Below, in pieces: positions 17,232-26,000 of a stretch of 42,601 bases of DNA. The stretch lies in NCBI GenBank assembly GCA_947450015.1, contig CANFUB010000001.1, positions 1 to 42,601 of the forward strand. Direction: 5' to 3'. The position numbers were made by a program, and so were the translations under genes. Source of the stretch: Bacteroidota bacterium. Lineage in GTDB: Bacteria; Bacteroidota; Bacteroidia; NS11-12g; UBA955. Each line of letters begins with the position of its first letter. Position 1 is the stretch's first letter. The notes below the pieces were generated by a model. The model saw only the letters and a list, made by a program, of their open reading frames with translations, had not been told where the DNA came from and searched no databases.

Positions 17232-18247
17232 TGAAACTAGTAACATTTAAAAATAATAATGTTAGCCGCTTGGGCATATACACCAACGGTAAAATATACG
17301 ATAGCCAAGCCCATAACAATGTCCTTCCTGATAACATGCTTAGCTTGTTAAACGGTGGTGAGGCAAGTATGGATGCTATGCGCAAGGCAGAATTGGAAAT
17401 CAATGAAGGTAAAACAAGTGTAGAAGGAATTCCTTATTCTGATAACATTTTGCAAGCACCAATTCCAAATCCTACAAGTTGCAGAGACGGCTACGCATTC
17501 AGGCAGCATGTAGCTGCAGCAAGAAGAAACAGAAATGTTCCAATGATTGCTGAGTTCGATGAATACCCGATTTTTTACTTCACCAATCACAATGCCATTC
17601 AAGGACCTGGTGACATCTGGTGCATGCCCGACCATTTTCAAAAACTAGATTTTGAATTAGAAGTGGCCGTTGTTCTTGGTAAAAAAGGTAGAAACATAAA
17701 AGCAGAAAAAGCAGATGAATACATTGCTGGCTATACAATTATGAATGACATGAGTGCGCGCACACTTCAAATGGAGGAAATGTTGTTAAATTTAGGTCCA
17801 GCAAAAGGAAAAGACTTTTCTACGGTGATTGGACCCTATATGATTACACCTGATGAGTTGCAGTCGTATTTGATTCCTGCCAAAAACAACCATACTGGCA
17901 ATAACCATAATTTAGCCATGAAATGCTGGGTAAATGGCGTGGAAGTAAGCAGTGGTAATGTTGGTGATATGGACTGGACATTTGCCGAAATAATTGAACG
18001 TTGCGCTTATGGTGTAGACGTTTGGCCAGGAGATGTAATTGGTAGTGGAACAGTGGGCACAGGTTGCTTTTTAGAGCTCAATGGTACAGGTTTATTAAAC
18101 GACAAAGCATTTAAGCCACAATGGTTACAAGCCAACGATGTAGTAGAAATGGAAATTACTGGTTTAGGCAAGCTCACCAATACGATTAAAGCTGTTGAAA
18201 CTGATTGGTCTATCCTAGCGTTAAAAAAAGCGCAGCAAGCAATTTAA
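17231..18247 (+). CDS. fumarylacetoacetate hydrolase (FAH) family protein
   Basis: 338 aa. The FAH-fold C-terminal region is present (LDFELEVAVVLGK, YTIMNDMSAR, PGDVIGSGTVGTGC). The start overlaps the upstream stop (TAATG). Confidence 0.85.
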   Translation: MKLVTFKNNNVSRLGIYTNGKIYDSQAHNNVLPDNMLSLLNGGEASMDAMRKAELEINEGKTSVEGIPYSDNILQAPIPNPTSCRDGYAFRQHVAAARRNRNVPMIAEFDEYPIFYFTNHNAIQGPGDIWCMPDHFQKLDFELEVAVVLGKKGRNIKAEKADEYIAGYTIMNDMSARTLQMEEMLLNLGPAKGKDFSTVIGPYMITPDELQSYLIPAKNNHTGNNHNLAMKCWVNGVEVSSGNVGDMDWTFAEIIERCAYGVDVWPGDVIGSGTVGTGCFLELNGTGLLNDKAFKPQWLQANDVVEMEITGLGKLTNTIKAVETDWSILALKKAQQAI

Positions 18248-18263
18248 ATTTCATTCAATGATA

Positions 18264-18299
18264 TAAAAAAAGACCTTCTAATTGGAGGTCTTTTTTTTT
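18264..18299 (+). terminator. rho-independent terminator after the FAH gene
   Basis: An 8-bp stem (18271-18278 pairs with 18284-18291) with a 5-nt loop, an A7 run before it and a T-run (18291-18299) after it. Confidence 0.8.
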
Positions 18300-18305
18300 G
18301 CTCGC

Positions 18306-18345
18306 AAAAAAAAAGGAGCTCAGTTTTACCTGAGCCCCTTTTTAA
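18306..18345 (-). terminator. rho-independent terminator after the PKD cargo gene
   Basis: The core stem GCTCAG/CTGAGC (18318-18323 pairs with 18330-18335) is extended by G-C pairs across a bulge. On the minus strand it is followed by a T9 run (complement of 18306-18314). Confidence 0.75.
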
Positions 18346-18362
18346 AATAATAATAGTATATC

Positions 18363-21300
18363 TTAGTTTGCAACAGTGATCTTGGTAGTTGTGGTTACAT
18401 CATTGATTGTAACTTTAACTAAGTAGATGCCTTTGGCAACATCTCCAAGATTTACTGAGGCAGAATTTTCGTTTGTAGTTTGACTCGCAATTTTTGAACC
18501 TAACAAGTTATAGACTTCAATCTTCATGATGCCACCATTGCTATTGCTAACTGTGAATGCACCATTGTTTGGATTAGGGTATATTTTTAAGCCAGTTACA
18601 TTGTTAATATTTGCAACAGATGAGGTAGCTGAAACAAGTTTTGTTGTTTCGCAAGAACAACCAGCACTGTTTGTAGCAATCATTTTTACTTTAAATCCAC
18701 CTGCATATAAGAATTGATAGGCTGGATTTTTTAATGTTGATGCTCCACCTTCACCAAAGTACCATTCGTATTTGGTGTAAGTACCAATCACAGGGGCAAA
18801 TTGGTATTTCATAAATCCTTGGTTCACAATTGTAAAATCACAGGTTGGAGCTTGACTTACGGTAACTGTCTTTGTAATAGTATCAGCACAACCATTCGTA
18901 TAAGAAGCAGCCAATGTAACAGTATAAGTAGTTGTTACTGCAGGATTGTACAAACGCTTTGGAGAGGCCTCGGTGCCTGTTCCATTACCAAAGTCCCATT
19001 TATAATTAATGTTTCCTTTGTCGCCAGCTGTAAGATTAACAAAATTCAATGTTTCACCAGAACAAATATCATTGGCCGTAAAATTGGCTTTAGGTTGAAT
19101 TAATACAGTAAAGTCTTTTGAAGTTTCACCCACACATCCGTTGGTATATTGTGCTTTCAATGTTGCACTAAATTTACCTTCATAAGGCCAAGTGCGAGAA
19201 ACGTTCTTTTGAAATGATGTGTAATTATCTGAGAAGGTCCAAGTGTAATTTGGATTTGCAACATCTTCAACTGTAGTATTCGTGAAAACTGTTGGAATTT
19301 TTCCACAGAATTGATCACCAACAAAAGTTGGAACTGGTGCTGGTTTAACTACCACTTGTTTGATAATAGAATCTTTGCAACCAAATTCTGATACAGCCGT
19401 TAATTTAACATTGTATGTTTTAGCAATATCAAAGGCGTGCACGCCATCTTTAGTAGTAGATATCTTACCATCTGAATAATCCCATAGCGCACCTTGATCA
19501 CCCATAGAGATTGTAGAAGTATTTGAAAGTGTAATCGGTGTTTTAGCACATACTGGTGTAGCTGGCGCTGTAAAGTCGGGCACAGGTACTGCAAAAGTAT
19601 AGGCATTTCTCGTTTGACTTGCAGCACATCCATTGGCTGTGGCTGTAAGGGTTACTTTGTATGCGCCAGGAGCGCTGTAAAGGTGGCTAGGGTTTGATGA
19701 AGTGGCATGAACTGAGGCATCTCCGAAATCCCAATCATAAGTAATAGCACCTGATGAAATGGTTGTCTGATTTTGGAATGTTACCGGTGCGCCTTGGCAT
19801 TTATTTAATGGACGGAATTTAACTTGAGGAATATCGCCAACATTTACTGTAATGATGGTATCTTTTACAATACCGTAAGGAAAGCTTGTTGCAACTAACT
19901 TAACATTGTATGTGCCTGCCATGGCATACTCATGTATTGGATTTGTATTATCTGAAGAATCGCCATCACCAAAATACCACATGTAAGTACTAGTTCCAGA
20001 ATGTATGCTTGTTGTATTATCAAAATTCGTGAAATCACCTAAACAAATTGCACCAGGTAGTTTGAAATTAGGCTTTGGTGTTGGCACCACTCTAACAGTT
20101 CTAGAAATTGTGCTATCACAACCGTTAGGGGTATTCATAATTTTATATGAGAAAGTAATGTTACTATCCAAATAATTACTATTACCTGTGAAAGATAGTA
20201 TAGCATTATTCCCACCACTTGGATTGGTTAAACTATAATTTCCAGAAGGAACAACTACACCATACTTGGTTTTTGCCACTACAGAACTGATAAACCAAGT
20301 ACTCCCGAAGTTAGCATTGCTATAACCCGAAGGCGGTGTTAATTCATATTTATTGGTTTTACCAATTTCAACAACATCTGGTTGTGCTGGCGATCCAATA
20401 CTCGCCTTTCCTTGAAAAACAGAACCCGTTATCATCGTTGCACCTGAAGGTGAGCCATAAGTTGTTACAGTAGTATAAAGACTATCATTTTGACGGTTTC
20501 TGTCATGATCTGTATTTAAAATCTTCACCGATTGATTAGATACTACTTTATGTGTTAAAAATACAGAAGGAATTACAATGGTTGTATCATTACCAGCAGC
20601 TAAATTATCTAATTTAACATAGCGTGAAATTCTACCTTGACCTGGCATATCAATACCTAAATTGAAGCCTTTGGCAGAGTCAGGACCGTAGTTTTTTAAT
20701 TTAAGGGTTAAATCTGAACGGTGATTAGTACATATTGGGTTAGGATTTAAAGTTGCAGATGTTAACTCCAAATCAGGTTTACAATCATTATTGAAACAAT
20801 AAGACACGTCATCTATCCAAAATTGAGAAGCCCAATTCACACCAAAAATATCTAAGTATGAAACTTGGTTGACACCATTTGAAAATGTACCTTGAGAAAC
20901 ACCATCAATAAATACCTCCCAAACGTTGGTATCAAAATTAACATCGATTCCAAGTTCGAACCATTGCCCTTGAGGAAAATAACCGAAAAGCTTGTCAACG
21001 TAGAAAGAGCCATCATCGTACATGTAAAAATCTAAAGCCCAACTTGAACCGATACTAGCACCACCTTGAAAGTTAAAGTAGGCCGAATTACCATAAGGTA
21101 TCTTCCATTTTGAACGGAATTTAAATGTACCTGTTTTGTGTACGCCATTAAAAGGCAGAACGATGTCTTGAGGACCACCGCCATAAGGAGAATCGTAAAA
21201 GATAGAATTGCTTCCGCTGAAAGCATCGTCGTTTACGATATAAATATCTTCATAGGTACCCGGACTGTTGCTCCAGGTTGTCCAACCTGTACCTTGATTG

Positions 21301-21410
21301 CCTAGATAATCACCAGCATTGTAGCTATCAAAATCATCTTTGAAAGATTGTGAGAAACCAATTGGTAGTAAAAGAGAAAAAAGAAAAATTAGTGTAATTG
21401 TTTTTTTCAT
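18363..21410 (-). CDS. secreted PKD-repeat protein with a T9SS type A C-terminal sorting domain
   Basis: A signal peptide (MKKTITLIFLFSLLLPIGFSQS), about six PKD repeats (W.FGDG....P.H.Y...G.Y.V.L..........C), and a C-terminal 74 aa (KIYPNPNNGAFTV...GIYLVKVT...) typical of Por_Secre_tail (coded at 18366-18587). Confidence 0.85.
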   Translation of the reverse strand: MKKTITLIFLFSLLLPIGFSQSFKDDFDSYNAGDYLGNQGTGWTTWSNSPGTYEDIYIVNDDAFSGSNSIFYDSPYGGGPQDIVLPFNGVHKTGTFKFRSKWKIPYGNSAYFNFQGGASIGSSWALDFYMYDDGSFYVDKLFGYFPQGQWFELGIDVNFDTNVWEVFIDGVSQGTFSNGVNQVSYLDIFGVNWASQFWIDDVSYCFNNDCKPDLELTSATLNPNPICTNHRSDLTLKLKNYGPDSAKGFNLGIDMPGQGRISRYVKLDNLAAGNDTTIVIPSVFLTHKVVSNQSVKILNTDHDRNRQNDSLYTTVTTYGSPSGATMITGSVFQGKASIGSPAQPDVVEIGKTNKYELTPPSGYSNANFGSTWFISSVVAKTKYGVVVPSGNYSLTNPSGGNNAILSFTGNSNYLDSNITFSYKIMNTPNGCDSTISRTVRVVPTPKPNFKLPGAICLGDFTNFDNTTSIHSGTSTYMWYFGDGDSSDNTNPIHEYAMAGTYNVKLVATSFPYGIVKDTIITVNVGDIPQVKFRPLNKCQGAPVTFQNQTTISSGAITYDWDFGDASVHATSSNPSHLYSAPGAYKVTLTATANGCAASQTRNAYTFAVPVPDFTAPATPVCAKTPITLSNTSTISMGDQGALWDYSDGKISTTKDGVHAFDIAKTYNVKLTAVSEFGCKDSIIKQVVVKPAPVPTFVGDQFCGKIPTVFTNTTVEDVANPNYTWTFSDNYTSFQKNVSRTWPYEGKFSATLKAQYTNGCVGETSKDFTVLIQPKANFTANDICSGETLNFVNLTAGDKGNINYKWDFGNGTGTEASPKRLYNPAVTTTYTVTLAASYTNGCADTITKTVTVSQAPTCDFTIVNQGFMKYQFAPVIGTYTKYEWYFGEGGASTLKNPAYQFLYAGGFKVKMIATNSAGCSCETTKLVSATSSVANINNVTGLKIYPNPNNGAFTVSNSNGGIMKIEVYNLLGSKIASQTTNENSASVNLGDVAKGIYLVKVTINDVTTTTKITVAN

Positions 21411-21480
21411 GATAGTGTGTTGTTTTAAACGAATAGTATGTTTAGTTAATTATTTGAATTAGCGTTGCTTAATTGTCCTT

Positions 21481-21488
21481 CAAATATA
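21481..21488 (-). promoter_or_regulatory. putative -7 box (TATATTTG) for the PKD cargo gene
   Basis: This is the only TAnnTTTG match on the minus strand of the 299-bp intergenic region. It ends 70 nt upstream of the ATG, and there is no clear -33 TTG. Confidence 0.35.
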
Positions 21489-21709
21489 TACATAAAATTT
21501 GTTAAATAACATAAAATCTGACATCTATCAGTCATTTTTTTTAAAAAAAATATTGTAAAATATTGGTAAAAATTGCAAAAAAAGTAAGTATTTCAACTCA
21601 ATCCCCACCTACACCTTCAATAAGAAAGCAACTGATTATCAATTAATAAGACCTATTAAATATTTGAAAAGACTAAAAAAGAATCAAAATTGGCTTAAAA
21701 ACCAACCTT

Positions 21710-23008
21710 TTAGCGCTTGAATTTCATGTTGTTCATGTTCTTCATCATTTTGCGCATATCGTTGAATTGACTAAGGAGTTTATTCAAATCCTGTATGTTT
21801 TTACCACTTCCTTTTACAATCCTATTTTTTCTAGAAGCGGTCAAAACTTCTGGGTTTTTTCGCTCAGTTGGCGTCATCGAAAGTATCATTGCTTCAATTC
21901 CCTTAAAAGCATTCTCATCAACATCCATATCTTTAATTTTATTGCCAACACCGGGTATCATTCCCATCAAATCTTTGATGTTACCCATCTTCTTTATTTG
22001 TTGAAGTTGACTTAAGAAATCCTCAAAATCGAAATTATTCTTACTAATTTTCTTCTGAAGACGTGCCGCTTCTGCTTCATCGTATACAGATTGTGCCCTT
22101 TCAACCAAGCTCACCACATCTCCCATACCCAAAATCCTGCTTGCCATCCTTTCAGGATAGAAAACATCGAGGGCATCTAGCTTCTCGCCATTACTAACAA
22201 ATTTAATGGGCTTATTTACTACCGACTTGATCGACAAAGCCGCTCCACCGCGCGTATCACCATCCATCTTCGTTAAAACTACCCCATCAAAATCGAGTCG
22301 ATCATTAAAGTTCTTTGCAGTATTCACCGCATCTTGACCGGTCATCGCATCAACTACAAATAAGATTTCCGAAGGCTTAAGTGCCATTTTTACATCATAA
22401 ATCTCTTGCATCATCTGCTCATCAATGCTTAAACGACCAGCTGTATCTATAATGACCACATTGTGGTTATGCTCTTTGGCATACTTCAATGAATTAAGGG
22501 CTATTTCAACTGGATTTTTATTCTCAATTTCGGTATAAACACTTGTATTAATTGATTCACCTAATACTTTTAATTGCTCGATAGCTGCAGGGCGGTAAAC
22601 ATCACAAGCTACTAACAGCGGATTTCTTCCTTTACTCTTAATATATTTTGCTAATTTTCCTGAAAACGTTGTTTTACCAGAACCTTGCAAACCAGAAATT
22701 AAAATAATTGCAGGATTCCCTGTAATGTTTATGTCCTTCTGATCGCCACCCAATAATTGAATTAATTCATCATTAACAACCTTGGTTAATAATTGACCTG
22801 GCGATACGCTCGTTAAAACATTTTGACCTAAAGCCTTCTGCTTTACTTGATCCGTAAATTCCTTGGCAATTTTAAAATTAACATCGGCATCTACCAGTGC
22901 ACGTCTAATTTCTTTAAGTGTTTCGGCAACATTAATCTCAGAAATTCTACCATGACCCTTTAGCGTTTTAATCGCCTTTTCAATTTTTAAACTTAAATTC
23001 TCGAACAT
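21710..23008 (-). CDS. ffh: signal recognition particle protein Ffh
   Basis: 432 aa. The N domain, the SRP54 GTPase motifs (GLQGSGKTT, DTAGR, TKMDGD) and a methionine-rich M domain at the C-terminus are all present. Confidence 0.95.
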   Translation of the reverse strand: MFENLSLKIEKAIKTLKGHGRISEINVAETLKEIRRALVDADVNFKIAKEFTDQVKQKALGQNVLTSVSPGQLLTKVVNDELIQLLGGDQKDINITGNPAIILISGLQGSGKTTFSGKLAKYIKSKGRNPLLVACDVYRPAAIEQLKVLGESINTSVYTEIENKNPVEIALNSLKYAKEHNHNVVIIDTAGRLSIDEQMMQEIYDVKMALKPSEILFVVDAMTGQDAVNTAKNFNDRLDFDGVVLTKMDGDTRGGAALSIKSVVNKPIKFVSNGEKLDALDVFYPERMASRILGMGDVVSLVERAQSVYDEAEAARLQKKISKNNFDFEDFLSQLQQIKKMGNIKDLMGMIPGVGNKIKDMDVDENAFKGIEAMILSMTPTERKNPEVLTASRKNRIVKGSGKNIQDLNKLLSQFNDMRKMMKNMNNMKFKR

Positions 23009-23033
23009 AAAAAACTCACCTTTTTGAAGACTG

Positions 23034-23064
23034 CAAAAGTAGGTGAACTGCGGCTTATCGCAAA
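23034..23064 (-). promoter_or_regulatory. putative promoter for ffh (TTTG-N19-TACTTTTG)
   Basis: The minus strand reads TTTG (23061-23064), then 19 nt, then TACTTTTG (23034-23041), ending 25 nt upstream of the ffh ATG. This is a full match to the Bacteroidota -33/-7 consensus. The -33 element lies inside the 3' end of the upstream giant gene. Confidence 0.6.
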
Positions 23065-26000
23065 AGGGTAATTACACCATCGAGATTAAAATTTTTCGCC
23101 CCATCTAAACTAAGCGCTTTTAATTTATAGAGATAGTGCCCCTCTTGACAAGGTTTGCCCATAAATGTACCATCCCAACCTTGTTGCACATCATTAGATT
23201 CAAAAATCCTTTCACCCCATCGATTATAAATTTCTAGGTGATAATCAAGAATTGGATTGCCGGTTTTATTGTATACTAAAATGGCACTAGGAATAAAGAT
23301 CTCGTTATTTCCATCTTTGTTAGGCGTAAACACATTCGGCACCCATACTTGTGACTCGGCAATTAAACAAGCGACATTCGAACGACTTGTAACACCTCCA
23401 ACAGAATCTTTGATTGCGGTTACATAGAAGCAAATGGAATCATCTAATTTATCGTCCTTGTATTGGAAAACATTGGTTATGCTATCAACCTTTGAAAGGA
23501 AGTTATAGGAATTTTTATCGCGTAGAAATATTTCATATTGTTTGATTCCACTGTACCAATATTCATATGGATTCCAATTCAATTGATTCACATAGTTGGC
23601 AGTGCTTCCCTTTAACAAGATGGTTTTCGAGATACTACTAGTTGGCGAGAAATTACCACAATGGTCTTCCGCACGAATGGTGTAGGTATAAGAGGTTTCG
23701 TTGGTATTTACATTAATCCCTTTATCAATAAACCCAGTGCTATCGCTGGTTGCATAATTATTGTCGACACTGCTACCAATTGCATACCTCGAAATATGAT
23801 AGGTCTCTACATTTTTTACAAAATTATAAGGCAACCATCTAGTATACGTTGCGTTATCAGAGAGCACGGTAGTAGCAATTGGCTTCACCGCTTCTGTCGG
23901 GAATACATACTTAGGGGTACCGCAAGCTGTGTTACTTTGAGAACGCCATCTTTTGTTTTTCTCAACAGCTATGATATAGTAGCAATAGTTTTTATTGCAC
24001 AGTTTTTTGTCTGCAAATGAGGTAATTTTACTACCCACTGAATCGTGTAATTTAAATGCTCCCCCATTTTCACTTCGGTAAATATAATACTGTCCAACAC
24101 CAATATTAGACCCGTTGTCCCATCCCGAATAGGCCAACCAACTTAAGCGCAATTCGTTCACAGAGTCGACCACATTGAGCAACATCGTGCAATGCGATTT
24201 GGCTGTTTTTCCTTTCACATTACAATTATCTAAGGTATTAAGTGTGTAACAATACCTTAGCTTCGATACATCAATACCTGATTGAACTTTAAATGTTGTA
24301 TCAAACCTATCTGAAGTTGAATAAATATTGGTAAGTCCAGAGAAATCTTTGTAAAGGTTGTAGCCTATAAAACGGCTATAAACAGACTTTGACCAATTGA
24401 TGTAAATATCATTATTGTTTTGAACGGTCACAAAGTTAACTGGAGGCGCTTGCAGACCCAATGTATCATTCACATAAACAAACTTAGTAAAGGTGTCTGT
24501 ACAATTATTTTTATCCTTTACGAACAAAACCACTTGGTTTAATTTTATATTATTAAAAGTAAAGGTTGGATTCTGTTTTGTTGAAGAATCTTTGTAAGTA
24601 CTTGGATTTCCAAAATCCCACAACCATTGTTTAATACTGCTATTTGAAGGCAAACTATTGGCTGTGAAATTAATCGATGTATTGTAACAAATGGTATCCT
24701 TATCGGCAACAAATGTAGCCACTGGTGGCGCGTAAGCTTTGATTGAAAATTTATTTCTTAAAGTATCCTCACAGCCATTTGAGCCACGTGCAATTAATAC
24801 AGGACTAAAATTACCAGTGGGATAAAAATATTGCGGAGCATCAGAATTATTATCAATTTTCCCATCACCATCAAAATCCCATTTTACAGTTTGAGATCCT
24901 AAACTAATGTTTCTGAAACTTACCTTTAAGGCTGAACAACCAGTATCTTTATCGATTGTAAAATTGGCATTTGGAGCGCGCTTCACAACAATTGAATCCT
25001 TTGGTTTAAACATCGCTAAACAACCCAGAGAGTCGACCACAAAAAGGCGTGGTTTAAAGACTTGCTGCGCCAAAGAGCGATCGTAAATTTGATACGTATG
25101 TTTATTAAAGTTAACGGAGTCTAGATAATTACCATCGCCATACTCTAAATAGAATCGATTAAAATATTTACTTTGATTGGTGTATTTGACGGTTAACTTT
25201 TCACAACCCACAAAATTCGAAATTGTAAAACGAGGTATAGGCCCAATAATTTTAATGAACCCTTTCTTTTCCAAGGTATCGCTGCAACCATAGGCATCTA
25301 CTATGAGGCGTACATCGCTACCAGCAGGACCGGTATTCTCAAGAAACAAGGTACTTATGGTTGACAGGTTCTCTGTAATGGTATCGCCTTGACTAAATCG
25401 CCATGAATATTTATAGATATAAGGATGGGTTTTGGCCATTACGGTTGAAATAATTGGTGCACAATAATTCAAGGTATCATTGCTTGTAAATTGTGCTCTG
25501 ATATCATTTACAACCATAAATTTATAACCTGTATCTGTGCACAAGCCATTACCATAAGTAATTAATCCGATGGTAAAAACACCTTCACGGTTAAAGGTTA
25601 CATAAGGGTTGCGCGAAGTATCTTTTGGACCAAATTGTCCGGCATTGGTTGAATCTTTTATAAACCATTTAAATTTAATGGCATCTGGATCTGAGGTATT
25701 TACTAAATCGATTCTGCGGCCAACACAGCCGTAAAACGGTGCATTAAAACTAGCTTTCACGCCAGAGGCAACTGCAAAAAGCGAACTTGAATCACTACAA
25801 CCTGATGAATGGTAATAACTAAATCCAAAATAAAAAGTTCCAGCTTTCTTTACTTTAACTGGGGTAATTAAATTTGATGGAGATTGAATTTTAAGATAGT
25901 TAGAGTCATAATTGGTTGACCAATAATTTGAAATTTTACTAGCAAATTTATTTTTAAAATTGTACTCCATTAACTTCTTTGCAGTAAGTGTTATGGTATA

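Noticed and set aside
21411-21709. The 299-bp spacer as a possible invertible promoter, tRNA, SRP RNA or other structured ncRNA.
   Set aside because: I found no flanking inverted repeats and no recombinase gene nearby. The region has no GC-rich helices or tRNA-like arms and is extremely AT-rich. A promoter or curved-DNA role is the simpler reading, and it is reported as a finding.
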